A stretch of DNA of 64,000 nucleotides from the human T2T-CHM13v2.0 reference genome, Homo sapiens: assembly GCF_009914755.1 (NCBI RefSeq), contig NC_060930.1. The stretch is one strand, 5' to 3'. Below are positions 20,838-37,770 of this stretch, one piece after another; position 1 is the stretch's first letter, and each line of letters begins with the position of its first letter. Position numbers and translations under genes: made by a program. Below the pieces are notes generated by a model. It did not search any database, was not told the DNA's origin, and worked only from the letters and a program-made list of their open reading frames with translations.

Positions 20838-21301
20838 CTTTTTTATTTTACTTTAAATTCTGGGATACATGTGCAGAATGTGCAGGTTTGTTACATAGGT
20901 ATACAAGTGCCATGGTGGTTTGCTGCACCTATCAACCCCTCATCTAGGTTTTAAGCCCCACATGCATTAGGTATTTGTCCCAGTGCTCTCCCTACCCTTG
21001 CTCCCCACCCCCCGACAGGCCCGGGCGTGTGATGTTCCCCTCCCTGTGTCCATGTGTTCTCATTGTTCAACTCCCACTTATAAGTGAGAACATGTGGTGT
21101 TTGGTTTTCTGTTCCTGTGTTAGTTTGCTGAGAATGATGGCTTCCAGTTTCATCTATGTCCCTGCAAAGGACATGAATCTCATTCTTTTTTATGGCTGCA
21201 TAGTATTCCATGGTGTATATGTGCCACATTTTCTTTATCCAGTCTATCATTGATGGGCGTTTGGGTTGGTTCCAAGTCTTTGCTATTGTAAATAGTGTGC
21301 A
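20838..21301 (-). mobile_element. L1PA 3'-end fragment (older, L1PA7/8-like)
   Basis: ORF2 C-terminus ([10 protein letters not shown]...) + 3' UTR; TSD gctgtcactt at 20828-20837 and 21302-21311. Confidence 0.9.
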
Positions 21302-21495
21302 GCTGTCACTTATGGAAAACAATCCAAGAGTATCTTTCCTTCTGCTATATAGAGAAACGAATCCCATAAATTACTATCTTGCTAACTCATCTAGGGAGCT
21401 AAAATTCAGCTAGTAGAGAACCTAAAATAAAAATGGTCCTTTCAGTGTCAAGTAGATTCGTGAGCACCTATGTGATATAATTTTAAGAGTTGTCA

Positions 21496-21830
<335 letters not shown>

Positions 21831-22571
21831 CTATACTGACTGATGCCTAAAATTCCATTATGAGAGCTTCATTCCAGTCATTTATGGTAATATTAATAGT
21901 TATTAAGAATGGTACATATTAGAATAATGCATAGAATAAACTCTCAAGAGAACTTTCATTTTAAGGCAAGGATTTGTTTTCTTTTAGAACTCAAGATCAC
22001 CAGAAAGGCAGCTATATTTGTGGCATTATCCACCGCTTATAGCTTGTATGAATGATTTTATACAAGCTATAAAATCACTAAAAATTTTTGTTTTTGTTCT
22101 CTTTGTCCCTCTTTTTTTTTTTTTTTCTACAGCAAGTTATTTAACACTTTTAGATTTCCCCTTCCTTTACATTAAAATAACCTTGGTTGTACAGATGGGG
22201 CAATCATCCTTGTTCCTTCTCCTGTAAAATGACCTTGGTTTGGTGCTTCACAGAGGAATTTGGAGCACAGGATGTAACAAAGGGCCACTAGAGCTGAGCT
22301 AAAACGTCAGTGTTCCAAAGACATACAGAGTATTCTTTAAGGGAATATATATATTGGCATTTCAGTCAAACTAACTGCATATGATGTTTAAGTTAATTTT
22401 TAAAATACTCGGTTAATCACTGTCTACTCTCAGGCAAATTATGAAACTTTTCTAAGCCTCAGTATCCTAATCTGTAAAAGGAGAAAATTGTAACATGATC
22501 TTGAAAGGCCCATTTGATCTACATTGTGAATCTAAATTATAATTAGACTAGAGACTAAAGAAATAGGTCTA

Positions 22572-22864
22572 GGCCAGGCGCAGTGGCTCACACCTGTACT
22601 CCCAGCACTTTGGGAGGCCAAGACAGGAGGATCACCTGAGATCAGGAGTTCAAGACCAGCCTGGGCAACACAGTGAAACCCTGTCTGTACTAAAATTACA
22701 AAAAGTAGCCGGGCATGGTGGGGAGTACCTGTAATCCCAGCTATTCAGGAGGCTGAGGCACGAGAATCGCTTGAACCTGGGAGGCGGAGGCTGCAGTGAG
22801 CTGAGATTGTGCCATTGCCCTCCAGGCTGGATGATAGAGCGAGACTCCATCTCAAAAAAAAAAA
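22572..22864 (+). mobile_element. AluS
   Basis: Dimer; TSD aaagaaataggtcta. Confidence 0.92.
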
Positions 22865-23066
22865 GAAATAGGTCTAAATTGGGATAGAAAGATTCAAGTT
22901 ATAAACAAGGACTTCCAGGATTTTCAGAAAGAATAATATCAAATGCTGGAATAAGTTTTTAGGTCTTAAAGTAACCTTGCATAGTTCTGCCAGGCTAGAT
23001 GTGGTTGTTTCTGTTAATAAAAACTGCTAGTTACTGGACTTCAGCTTTGGCTACATAAACACTTAC

Positions 23067-23254
23067 CTCTGCCAGCATGTACGCGGAGAGAAGTGTGATT
23101 CCAAGATTATACAAGGTGAGGATACCCCTGAGAGAAAGAGCAGGTCTGTTCTTCATATACTTGTTACCCAGCCATATTGAGAGCAGATACATGACAGTAA
23201 GAAAAAAGGTAGGAAGGTAAGAGTCCAACATGAACCACCCTCTGACTCGAGAAT
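23067..23254 (-). CDS. ELOVL2: ELOVL2 exon 3 ([10 protein letters not shown]...AYMLAE)
   Basis: 188 nt; contained in ORF 23031..23270; acceptor tttcag, donor GTAAGT. Confidence 0.97.
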
Positions 23255-24894
23255 CTGAAAAGAAACACATACAGTGAGGATCCTGAGGAATGATGCTCCT
23301 GTTCAGTCATCAGTATTGTCACATACATTGCATTTGTACACACCAGCACAACAGGGAACAACTCCATACAACATTAGGTAGGCTGGCCTGGGTTTAGAGT
23401 TCAGGGGAAGAGGAAGCCTGTGGGCTGAATCGGTAAAGGTTTCATGGAGCAAACAGGGCTTAGGCTGAACACTGAATGAAAGGGACAGGAAGTAAAGGTG
23501 TGAAGTGACAGTTCTTGAATGCCTATTTTGGAACAGTTACTGCATTTATTTACTCTAAATTAATATGAAGTAAGTACTATTATGCAATTTTATGGATGGA
23601 AAAAAAAACAGCTCAGAAAGCTTTAGTAACTTTCAAAAGGCTACATCATAGTCGGCAGTACAGTCAGGATTTGAACCAGTCACATCTGCCTCCCAGCCCC
23701 ATGATACCTTGCAGCTGTCCTCCCATGGAGAAGATCAGAGCAGTCAGAGGAAAGAAGGCATATCGATACTGTATCCTAATTCCTAAAGCCCACACAGCTC
23801 CGAATTTGCCTAGTATCAGTAATGGAAGGGGTTTAGAGTTCAGCTGGTTCAGAGAAAGCAATAGGATGACCGTGCAGCAAGCCTGGAGGCTGCAGACAGC
23901 AGAGGCAAAGCCTGGGAGCTGTGATTCAGAACTGAGGACCCAGATCTGGCCATGGGACTGGACGTTTACACAGCAGGGAGGCAAGCAGCTGAATACATCA
24001 GGGCCCCTTACACTGCAGAGTGAATATTTAAAAGCCTAAATGAAACCCACATGATAGAGCTACAATATAATTAGTAACACCTGAAAATCATTGTAGACAC
24101 TAAATGATTTGTGTTCTCTATTCTGCTCTTTTTGTTTGTTTAAATAAAGAAAATGATTTGGCCCAGAATTATAAAAATTGCATGCTGCTTTTAACCTCCA
24201 CAAATGGAGTTGTAGTGAGCTGGTTTCACCAACAGGCAATGGCCTTTTCTTGAATTTTTTGTTTTCTAAGTCCCTTTCTGGTGCATCCTACCCTGTATAC
24301 CCCAGCCTCTTGTTAAACCACCTGCCCTACAGAGTACCATTTCTACAAGGCAAGTGCCTTCTGAAGCTCTGACTGTCCCATCACTTATTTTATAAATATC
24401 TCCCATTGGTGATAGAGATAAAAAGGTTAGAAAGCTCTTCTCAGCATTCATGTGACTAACAGATACCACCTTTCATACAGCAGGCTTGCAATCACCTGTC
24501 ATAAGTCTGTGCTGTGTGTCACTTCCTAATGTCCATCTCCATATCTGAACCCTACTCATCTTTTAATGCCCAGATAAAGGTCCTGACTTCTGAAGGGAGA
24601 CATTTCCTACTGTGTTTTCATATTTATAGCTCCTCATATGCATAGCAAGACAATTATTATCATTTTCTAATTCACATATTATTATGGCTATGATACTGTT
24701 ACTATAACATTTACTGAGCACTTATTCTGTGCCAGGCACTATTCTGAAGGCTTTTACATGTATTAACTTATTTGATTCTCAAAGCAATCCCATTATATAG
24801 GTGATAATATCATCCCAGTTTACCCTTAAGAAAAATTGAGCTGTAGAGGCCTAGAAAAGTGAAATGACTTGCACTAAACTGCTACGCTACTTCT

Positions 24895-25357
24895 TGTTAT
24901 GGTGTTAGACTGAATTGTGTCCCCCACGAAGATGCCTTCAAGTCCTAACTCCTGGTATCTGTGAATGTGACATTATTTGAAAATAGAGTCTTTGCAGATA
25001 TAATATAGCTAAGATGAGGTTATACTGGATTAGGGTGGGCCCTAAGCCAATGACTAGTGTCCTTATAAGAAGGAGAGGTCTGAATACAAGGACAAAAGAG
25101 AAGACGGCCATGTGAAGAGGGAGGCAGAGATTGGAGTGATGCATCTCCAAGCTAAGGAACACCAGAGATTGCCACCAACCACCAGAAACTACGGGGAGTC
25201 ATGGTACAGAATCTTCCCTAGAACCTCAGAGGGAACAAGGCTCTGCTGACACCTTGATTTCAGACTGTTGGCCTCCAGAATTGTGAAAGAATACATTTCT
25301 GCTATTTAAGCCACCCAGTTTGTGGCACTTTTTATGGCAGCCTAGGAAACAAACACA
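24895..25357 (+). mobile_element. MLT1-family MaLR solo LTR
   Basis: tgttatgg...tgaattgtgtcccc start, agggtgggccctaa core, gcagcctaggaaacaaacaca end. Confidence 0.8.
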
Positions 25358-26159
25358 CATGGTTTAGTATTTAATTGATTTCCAGTAGTTTCAGATGTGC
25401 TGGCTTTACCTCCCCAACTATAGTACATGCTCCAGGAGACAGCCACTAGGTCTTATATCTCTACTCTGTCTGACTCATACCCACGTAGTGCTGAGTTAAG
25501 AGGAAACATTCATTAAATGCATATCCATTGGCACATTGAGTCAAGCACATACTGCAAACTAATATAGCACCTGAGGTTTTTGTTTTCTTTTGTCACAGTG
25601 CTGTAAATGTTTGCTACAGTTGTTAAGGATAATCATAGTTGTTTTAGCCAAAAGATAGGAACAAATGCTTGTAATAAACTTTCTTATCTTTGGGACTTGA
25701 GAAGTGTTAGCTCTTCCTCTGAGTCAGTATTTGCTCAGAACAATACCCCTTGATGGTACTAACATGGTGTGGGCAAAATCAGAAGAGGCTAGGAGACACC
25801 GAGAGGTTTATTCGGTGATGTGCCAGTCAGCATCAGGGTGTGAGACTTTTAGGAAGAAAAAAGGATTCCTGATGGCTTACATGCTAGACACCTTGTCAGT
25901 GTGGAGCTCATCTGATTCCACTGTCAACTGTCAATTTTACAATCTCCTTGCTACAAAGGAAAATTCCATAAAATGACCAATGCAGAGTAAACAACTGTAA
26001 TCCTTTCCTCAATTGATCCCACATCCACATAATTCCAGATCACGCCAATCTTACTGGCAGCAAAGCTCAGTGAACTTGGCGCACACAAGTTGTTGTTTAA
26101 CTGTCTAGTCGAAGTGTCAAACAGAAAACCACTGTCACCAACAAATCATACTTCCTCCT

Positions 26160-26320
26160 GGATCTTGCATGCCTAAGCGAGAGTGCCCCCGGGGCCTGCA
26201 TGCCTAACTAAGAGAGGGGGCTCCGGGTCCTGCATGCCTAACTAAGGGAGGGGGCTCTGGGTCCTGCATGCCTAAGGGAGGGGTCCCGGGTCCTGCATGC
26301 CTAAGGGAGAGGGTCATGCC
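26160..26320. repeat. GC-rich minisatellite, 5 units of ~29-34 bp
   Basis: Consensus gggtcctgcatgcctaa(ctaa)gggagggg. Confidence 0.9.
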
Positions 26321-26979
26321 CTCTACACTGAGCTGTTCTCCTTTCTACCCACTAGAACTGTAAGGGAGAGAACATAGTAAAAGTAGGTTAGAAGATAAAG
26401 ATATTCTGCCCTGCCTACCCCACAGAGTCATCAGGAGGTTAAATGGAAAAAGCAAAAAAACCTATGTGAAAGGATTTTTTCAAAGCTGTATAGAATCAGT
26501 ATCATTATATTAAAACTATATAGTCATGCATTTAGAACAGTTAATAGAGCCCATGGAGAAAATGGAGAATGGCCTAAATACTCAAGTGATTGTTTAAAGA
26601 TCTTGAGAAACAGGAAAACCTCCTCATTCCTTGCTCTCTCACTCCTCCAATAGGGCTGAGGAAATAACTTGTAGAGAACTAAGGACTTTTCACAGTTCTG
26701 TGAGCCAATAAGGCTCAAGTAAAATGAAACCTTCTGTCTAGAATTCATTCATTTATTTGGAAAATATACAGTGCTGAATATGTTCCCAGAACTGTAATAA
26801 ACCCTGGAGATAAATGGTGAGTAAAACAGCCAGGGTTCCTGCCCTTCTGGGAGAAATCGCTGTTGGTAACAATGAAGTATCTGAAGGAAGTAAACAAGGG
26901 TTGAAACAGAATGATGAGGGACCACAGCAGACCCCTCTGGATGCCTGAGCCTGCAGATACTCCCAAACCCTGTAGGTAC

Positions 26980-27194
26980 CATGCTTTTTCCTGTACATAT
27001 ACACCTATGGAAAATTTATAAATTAGGCATAGTAAGAGATTATAACAATATACTATAATAAAAGTTATGTGAATGTGGTCATCTCTCTATCTGAAAATAT
27101 CTTACTGTATTGTGCTCCCCTATTTTTGGACCATGGTTGACCACGGGTAACTGGAACTGCAGAAAGCGAAACTGCTGCTAAGGGGGGACTACTG
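26980..27194 (-). mobile_element. Tigger7/MER44-type DNA transposon fragment
   Basis: Ends aggggggactactg followed by TA, matching the recalled MER44 terminal repeat. Confidence 0.65.
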
Positions 27195-27717
27195 TACCTT
27201 AGAGAGGCAAAGCCCAACTGAAAAGGCAACGTTTAAGCTGACACCTCAAGTGTGACAGGAACTGACTCATCTGGAGGGAGGGGTAGGAGATCCTAGGAAG
27301 GAATTCCAGGCTCAGGGAATAGCACGTAAAAGAATTTTACATATTTGCAGAATTAAAAGATGGCTTGAGCAGCTGTATGAAAGCCAGTGAGGACGACGGA
27401 TACTGACTGAGTTGGAGAGGTTGCTGGGGTTAGACAGCCCAAGGGTGCGCAGTCCATGATAAGAAGTTTGGTTTTTACCTGAGAGCAGTGGGATGACACT
27501 GATGAGTTTTAAGCTACAGTGCCATGCAATATGACTTAGGTCTTTAGAATGTCATTCCAGCTGACACTGAATAAATGACTGGAAGGGGCAAGAGTGGAAG
27601 AGGGGAGGCCTGTTAGGAGGCCACTGCAGTACAGTAAGCGACTGGTGATGAAGGAAAGATGGAGAGATGTCTAAGCTCATCCTACCTACGGGCCCCGGGC
27701 AGAGAAAGCGCACACAT

Positions 27718-28017
<300 letters not shown>

Positions 28018-28440
28018 GCGCACACATCTTTAAAGGGAATTTATCAAGGCATCTAAGGGCAGAAATGTCACATATAACTAGGATGTAAGAAAGGTGGAAG
28101 ATGAATGGGCAGTGGAGAGGAAACAAGAAAGCAGCATCCTTTAGAAGGAAAGTTACAACCCGGCTTTGTAGCCAGACAGACACTGGAGGAAAGCATTGCA
28201 TTTCACTCTATCTCTGCTTCCTGCTCCCAGAACTTCTTTAATCCCAGGAGAGGTTAAGCAGGAGGAGAAATGGGATCTTCTGGACATTCTGGAAGGATAT
28301 CAAAGTTGAGGAAGTTAAGTTTCTAAATATTAAGTACCTTACTATTTCCAAGACACCAGAAATAACATAATCCCTTTCTATAACTAAATGGTGTTCTTCC
28401 TGTGTTCCTTCCACATTAAGTTCTCAAGTAATTCACTGAC

Positions 28441-28504
28441 CTCGCGGTCCAAACATATTGTCCAAAAAAGCATTGATTTCATCATCAAAGGCCTTTAGAT
28501 GTTC
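28441..28504 (-). CDS. ELOVL2: ELOVL2 exon 2 (EHLKAFDDEINAFLDNMFGPR)
   Basis: 64 nt; polypyrimidine tract + AG acceptor at 28505-28506; donor GTCAGT. Confidence 0.96.
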
Positions 28505-28777
28505 CTAAAAAGAGAAAGAAAAAATGATTTAAGTGGTTTTTTCTTCTTTTTTTGAAACGGTCAAAACAAGCCACTACCAACAACATGTAACTGACAGACT
28601 TTCAAAGGGTCCCAGCTTCAAGGACTTTTGACTGCAAAGACTTAAGGAAAGAGGACAGTAAATGCATCCTCACCTTTCACAAGCCTATAAAGATTTGGAA
28701 GGAAACAATTCCTCTTATTTCCTTAGGCAAGAGGAGTCCTAGAGAACAGACTTGGTGCATTTAAACATTGAAGGGTT

Positions 28778-29111
<334 letters not shown>

Positions 29112-30219
29112 TTACCTCTAAAATGCTTATAGGCAAAGCTGTTCCATAAGCAACTTCCCTTGTTACAATAACAGTTGTGGGTAGGCAATAGAGAACATCT
29201 GTTTCCACAAAATATATTCATAAATCCAGTTTTAAAATGAAAATTCAGGCTGAACTGTATTTCGTAAAACTGAATCTAAAACTTTAAGTAGGACTGTTTT
29301 TCAAGTAAGGAGCATTACAGCTATTTTTTCTATTTATGTTTTGTTTGTTTTCAAACTATTTCTTACACATTAACATCTACTTTATATTACTGTAAATAGT
29401 GCCACTTGGGTACACCCGATTAATTATTGTCACTTTCACTGGATTCAGGTGGGAGCCGGAATACTGCCAGCATGGTCTGCTCTCACGCTGCTCAAAATAC
29501 CCGTTCAGGTATTTCCCAGCTCCGCCACAGAGGTCTACAGCACCTCCTCAAGCAACCAGAGGAGAAGTCAGAACATTACCAGTATTTCCAGGAAGGTGGG
29601 GCCAGCGGGTTGGTCCCTGACTGTGTGTGAGCTGAGCATGACAGCCTCGGGAAGTTGATATGGAGCATGCATTAGATTCAGCTCACTCTCAAAAAAAGTT
29701 GTAAGTGCCAAAACAGATGATTAATTTGCTGGCATCTGAAAAAGAGGAGCGGCATGTTTGCTGCCTGGCACATATCACTTGGACCTATTCCTTATTTGTG
29801 ACTCTGATCCTGAGAGAAATTTCAAGGAAACGTATGTCTTCGGGAACTTTAGAAAGCTTGGGAAAGAGGATGAAGATGATGACTAACATTGACTGGCACC
29901 TACTATTGCTGGCCAGCATATAAGGAACTTTATCTTCATTATTTCATAATATCTTTATAAAAAATATCTGGGCTAAACCAAGCCTGAAAATTTTTAAACA
30001 GTATATTCATCTTTGTTTCCATGTAGGGCATCTCGGGAGGCCCCCGATGTGAGAAAGGTCAGTTACCTGAGATCTCAGTGTGACAGAATATGATCTGTGT
30101 TGCTTTAGAATGGGGGCGGCTGACCAGAGGCCTCTCAGTCTTGAGCAAAGAATGTTAATCTCACAAATGTACTCACCATCATAACAAATGCCAATGAAGT
30201 CTTTCTTCCATTGCTGCAC

Positions 30220-30325
30220 CCACAAACAAATGTTTAAACTGTTTCAGCTTGTTTGCTAAGGTTCAAAATCCATTTTCCAACATTTGTAGAGCTAAGAAAA
30301 CGCTAAAGGTCACAAAGCCCATATT
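30220..30325. promoter_or_regulatory. Candidate hepatic intronic enhancer (FOXA + HNF4/DR1 motif cluster)
   Basis: Forkhead-like caaacaaa, tgtttaaac and tgtttgctaag next to HNF4-like aggttcaaaatcca and aaaggtcacaaagccca. Confidence 0.5.
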
Positions 30326-31829
30326 ATTTCTATATTGCAAAAATTTAGTCACAGTGGAAGAAGGGCAGAAACAAAAGTAAAACAAGGGAAGATGTGGAGA
30401 ACAGAAAAGGAAAGAGATGAATAAAAAGAGGCATTCCATTCCTTTATTCATTAATTTATTGATTCATTAACCAATTATTTGAGGATTTTATATACTAGCA
30501 CTGTTATATGCTGAAAAATAAAGTCAAATGAGATGTGGTCCTTATCGTCACAGAGTTCTTAGTGGAGAGAGAGTAATACACAAATAAATAAAAAAATTGC
30601 AGTACCAGTGTCTTAAATATTATAAGAGATGTGCTATAAAGGATAGAGAAACATACTTTAATTTAGATCTCTTAAAAAGTAAAGCCTTCTTGGAAGAGAT
30701 AATGCTGTGGCTGAATTTTGAAAGACTGGAGACATTTTCCAGATGGAGAAGGAAAGAAAGAACACATCAGAAAGAAAGATTAACATAGATAAAACACATT
30801 GAGGCATGACTCCCTTGGGAAATGTTTTTATGGCCAGGGTCTCTAGTGACCTATCTGACAGAGAGAACCACAGCCAATGCTGGGAAAATCAGAAACCTGA
30901 TAAAAATTCTCTCTTTATTTCTGGGTTACTTAATATAGTTAGTAAGGAAGTAGTCTAAAAAGGCAATGATGAGATGAGGTGATGTCAGGGGAACAAACTG
31001 AGGTTTACACTGGAATAGTAAAACATAGCATAAGCACAGAGAGGTCTGCAGTGTTAGTGAACTGGGGTGAGATTAGGAAGGCTAACTGGGCAGAGCTTGG
31101 ACCACAAAGTCCTAGCTGCACACTAGACTAGATTCTGTATGTAAATGTCAAGTGTGCTGGACAATGTCTGAAGATTAACACCAACTTAGGAGCAGAGAAA
31201 AAGCAGCAAACTCCATGCATTTCATTGACACATTTTTGAACAGCATTCGTGTACATAACACTTTGTCATACATATGAAGGAAAAGGAGACAGAGTAGTTG
31301 ACTGAAAAGTTTATGCACAAATTGGGAAAGTGAGACATAGAAAGTCAAACAGCAAACAACCGAGAGGAGGAGGACACACAGAACTGCCACACGACAGAAG
31401 ATACAGGCGTGCGGATGCAGGATGGGTTTTTCAAGATGGTTAGAATTGGGTGGATGAGAAGGGAACAGTATAGCCCTTAGACCTGAGCGAGAGGCACTGG
31501 CCTGAGCCCCACACTTTCAAGGCCCCCTTCTGGTCATCCTTTGGCCACGTCCCTCCACAAAGCAAAAAAAAAAAAAAAAAATCCTTTGAGCCAAGGGATC
31601 ATGCCTCCCTATGGCCACAACTTAGCCTCCCCAGATGACATTTCAAGTTCCCCAGGCCACAGAATTCTCTGCGAAATAACCCTGGATCCACTTCCAGAAC
31701 AACTCCTTGCCCTTACAAGAAAGTCTGTGTTCAATGACTTGGAATTCAATTTGTGGCTGTGTACAGCAAATATGAGAAGAATGGAAAGACTGGTAGCAGG
31801 GAGAGCCTTATTTAACTCTGGACCCCTGA

Positions 31830-33090
<1,261 letters not shown>

Positions 33091-36000
33091 TCTATGTAAT
33101 TGAAGAGCCATATTCTGAGCACCCCAGAGCAAGCCAGCCTCCCCTACCTCATCACACCACTGTTACAGCCAGCAGCACCAGCACCACCTCTAATGCCCCG
33201 TCCATCGCCACCACCAGGAATCAGTGTGGCCTAATATCCAGGGATGCCCTGGACCTGTCCCTTCTATTGGCAATAAATACACCACTTGGAGGTAGTAGGG
33301 ATCCATGTAAGGCAGTCTCACAGGACTGACTTCTTATAGAAATCTGAGAGGGTCTTCTTGGCATGGAATGTGCAGCTCCTAGTGCTGGTAGACTGGCTCA
33401 CCATGCATGCCTGCCTTCTGTGGGTAGGTGGGAAACAGAAGAGCCAAGAAGGACACACTTCTTGGGCACTTTTTGCCACCCTGATGCTGACTGGGACTTC
33501 CACCCATCCCTAACTCTATCAGTTGGAGGTCAGCACAAACCAGGGCATCTCAAATGGGAGGGCATTTCCCAGTTGGCTCTTAAAGGTTTAAGTCTGTGAT
33601 CACTGCTTTATCCTCAAAACCCTGATGGCCAGATTTTCTTCAGCAAAGGCTGCCTTGCAATCAGAATCACTGCCACCATGATTAAGGGCCATTCTACAGA
33701 AGCTGAGGCAGGAAGCAAGGCAGAAATGAACCCCACCATAAAATTCTGCCTGCGCTTTCTCTGGTATCTAAAGGATAGGACTCTTGATTCCATTTTATTC
33801 TTTCCTTTCTTTCTTCTCTTCCTTTAATTTCCTTTTCCCCTCTATTTCCTTCTTCCTTCTTCCCCTTCTCCCTTCCTTTTTTACTTATTCCTTCTTCTTT
33901 ACCTTCCTTTTTAAAATTTACGTTTTAGGCATTTTCTGGTTTTTGGTATTTGTCTACCATGGGCATTGTGTTGTATAAAAATCCAGTGATTCAAGATCTT
34001 GATGTTTGCCCTGTTTTGTTGATAGTTTTATAGAACATTTTAAAGACACATTCGATGAGAACAGCTATTTTCTACCACCAACTCACTGCTTTTTAAAATT
34101 AGCAAAAACCATTAAGATCACAAAACACACAGTTTGAAACATAGCATCCAAAAAGACTTTGTCTTTTCTTTTTTTAACGTACATTTCAGAGTAAACTAAA
34201 TGTGAAGTATTCAATGACAAGAAGTCAGGAAATGGGATCTGATCAGCTTAGGAATGAATAGATTTCGTACTAACCTAACACAATTCTAACAACTTCCCAG
34301 GAACCTCAAGGTCAAGGCTGAGCTGTACAGAACTGAGAGAAGAGGAGGTGTTATCTCCTCTCAGGGGCAAGGGAGACAGACTAGAGTCACACAGTGAGTC
34401 CTCTCCATTGTTCCCATGGCTCAGGGTGGCCTTCAAATGTTGAAACCTCTTTTGGTAACTCCTGGGGGGATTATTCCCAGCCAGTCTCTCATGTATTTGA
34501 AGAAACTAAATGTGTTCACCTTTGTGAATGAAACTAGGTTTACAGGATGGATAAGAGTGGATACATAAAAATGCATAAAATTATTTGGCTGTCGTGCAGC
34601 TGACTTCACACAATATGTATCTGTGCACATTTTACACTGACACCCCTAAACTGCCTTTTCAGGGCCTATCCACTCTCATCCCTACCTCCCAACTACTATT
34701 CTCTGGAGGGAGTAATGAGCTAAGTTGGAGGGTGAGGGTAGGCAATGGGTAGAACAATCTTTTATGTATGGGAACTCTAAATTGTTATTATGTATCTTAG
34801 TAATATCATAAGGCTGAAACTGTCTACCTTAGGTTCTAAGGAATCTGAGGATCATTTCTAACATCTTAGAAATGAGATGTTAATAAGCTAACCCTCATGG
34901 GGAGTAATACTGGTTACTGTTTATTAAACACTTAGTACGTGTCAGGCACCTGATACATACTCTTTATGGTTGTCACAACAACCTTGCAAGTTGGGTATCT
35001 TTCCCAATTTACAGATGTGGAAATTGAGACTGCAGACTCAAGAGTGGTGCTATCAGGTGAGACTTGAACTACAATGAATCAGTGTTTTTCAGCCTTCAGA
35101 CTGAAGGGTTTCAGAGCTTGGATAGCGGAGAATGATCTCTGCGGATCTCAAGCCCCTTTCTTGTGCTGTGGTATCTCAGGATACCACAAAGCCAATAGTG
35201 GGTGATTTTATTTGCATCCTAGGTAGCCCTGAGGCCACAGGACAGTCCCATTCAATTAAGGTGATAAAAGGACTTTACAAACAGAACTATTGCTGCAGTT
35301 TGGTTATGCTCCACTTCCCGCACATGGCTCTTGTGTTTTATTCAGAGTCTGGCCAAATGGTAACTCCTTACATATCTCCCCATCATCTCAAGGGCCTAGT
35401 TACCAAAGAAGAGGGAAGCATCTGCTTGTGGCATCCTGGCCTGTGCTGCAGTCATTCACCATCGCCTGACCTGCTCTATTTTTTCTTTACAGCACGTATT
35501 ACCCAGACTTTCACTGGCCTGTTAATTTGTGTATTGGCTGGGTCCTCCACTAAAATCTAAGCTCCAGTTAGCCCCAATTCCAAGAACAATGCCTGGCACA
35601 TAATGGGCACTTAATATTTATTGAATGAATTAATCAAATACTCATTCATCTGAACTTTTACAATACTCACGATATCCATTTCATATACTTCGCATTCCTA
35701 GTTATATTTTCATACACATGATCTGGTTTTCAGTGTGTTTTGAAAGAGCCTTAACATTCTTAACTCCCAGTTAATTCTCAGGGTCAACTGGATCCAATTT
35801 TATTTTTTAAATTTCTTTTTGGAAGTTTTCTTCCAAAGAACACAGAAAAAAAATTGCCTATATATTTTTAAAGTAGAATCAAATTTATTCTCTCTTGCAA
35901 TTAACATGAATAGAATGAACCCTTTTATAAGTCTATGATACATTACGGGATCTTAGTGATCTTATTTTTTTCTATAACTTAAAACATTTTTCTATTTAGT

Positions 36001-36257
36001 CATCCTAGGAATTATCACTACTTATCAATAATTCCAACCTATACTAAAAAATGTGAAAAGGTAAGAATACTGGTATTGCCTAGAAGGACAATGCAAGAGT
36101 CAAATAAGCCACCACGATTGCCTCATCTTCTACTTTTCTCATTTCTTTACCAAACTATTGCATCATGCTTCAAGAAGATACACAAGAAGTATGGAGACAC
36201 CATCTTTATGGACTTTTTAAAGCTTTCATTGAACACAGTTGAGGGTTCAGAATTTTT

Positions 36258-36414
36258 CAGGTTCTTAAACTTTAATGTTCGTAAGTCACCTGGGGATCTT
36301 GTTAACGTACAGGTTCTCATTCAATTGGTCTAGATGAGCTTTGAGTTTGCATTTCTAACAAGCTCCCAGGTGATACTGAAGCTGCTGGGCTAAAGGTCAC
36401 ATTTTGAGTAGCAA
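36258..36414. mobile_element. MER5-type hAT relic
   Basis: tcacctggggatcttgttaa...gcatttctaacaagctcccaggtgat...ttttgagtagca. Confidence 0.7.
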
Positions 36415-37072
36415 CAATGAGACCATGCACAGGCTATTGAAATTGGTTTAGATTATAATTAAAGGATTGATTTTTTGATGTGTTTCTATTACAAAAATAC
36501 CAAGTCCTTGCTTACTTTCTAAAAATCAACCAAGTATTTCATTATCTAGCTATCTGATGAAATTCAAACTTGTTTATACTTATTATATAACCATTAATTT
36601 CAAAGCATTTAGTAATTAGTGGGCTATACAAACCCACTTAGATAGTATCCATATTGCTCCAAACAGAAATAAAATCTCTGGGCTACTTGTGTTTTACCTT
36701 ATATTTCCTGTACCTGAATATAGTATTCTGAAAGTGGCCTGCTTAGGGAAGGGTACAAAGAGGTTTGTGCCTTCTTGATCAGGATAGTATACTTCTATTA
36801 CAGTTATCATAAGATTGCATTCAGACACTACATCAGCTAGTCCTTGCCAACAAACATCACCAGGTTATTTTCAAGTTAACTACTGCTGAAATCAAGTCTT
36901 ACATCCTAAACTTCTATAACACATTTTAAAATTTTAAATGCAATTTAAAATTTTTATCCCTATTGAATATTTCTTCATTTCAGCCTCACCATCACATGCT
37001 GACAAGATTAGTCCAAATTCCTAAATATAGACATTTTTTCCCTCCAGGTTTAGTATATTTTAAAATTTTGGC

Positions 37073-37770
<698 letters not shown>

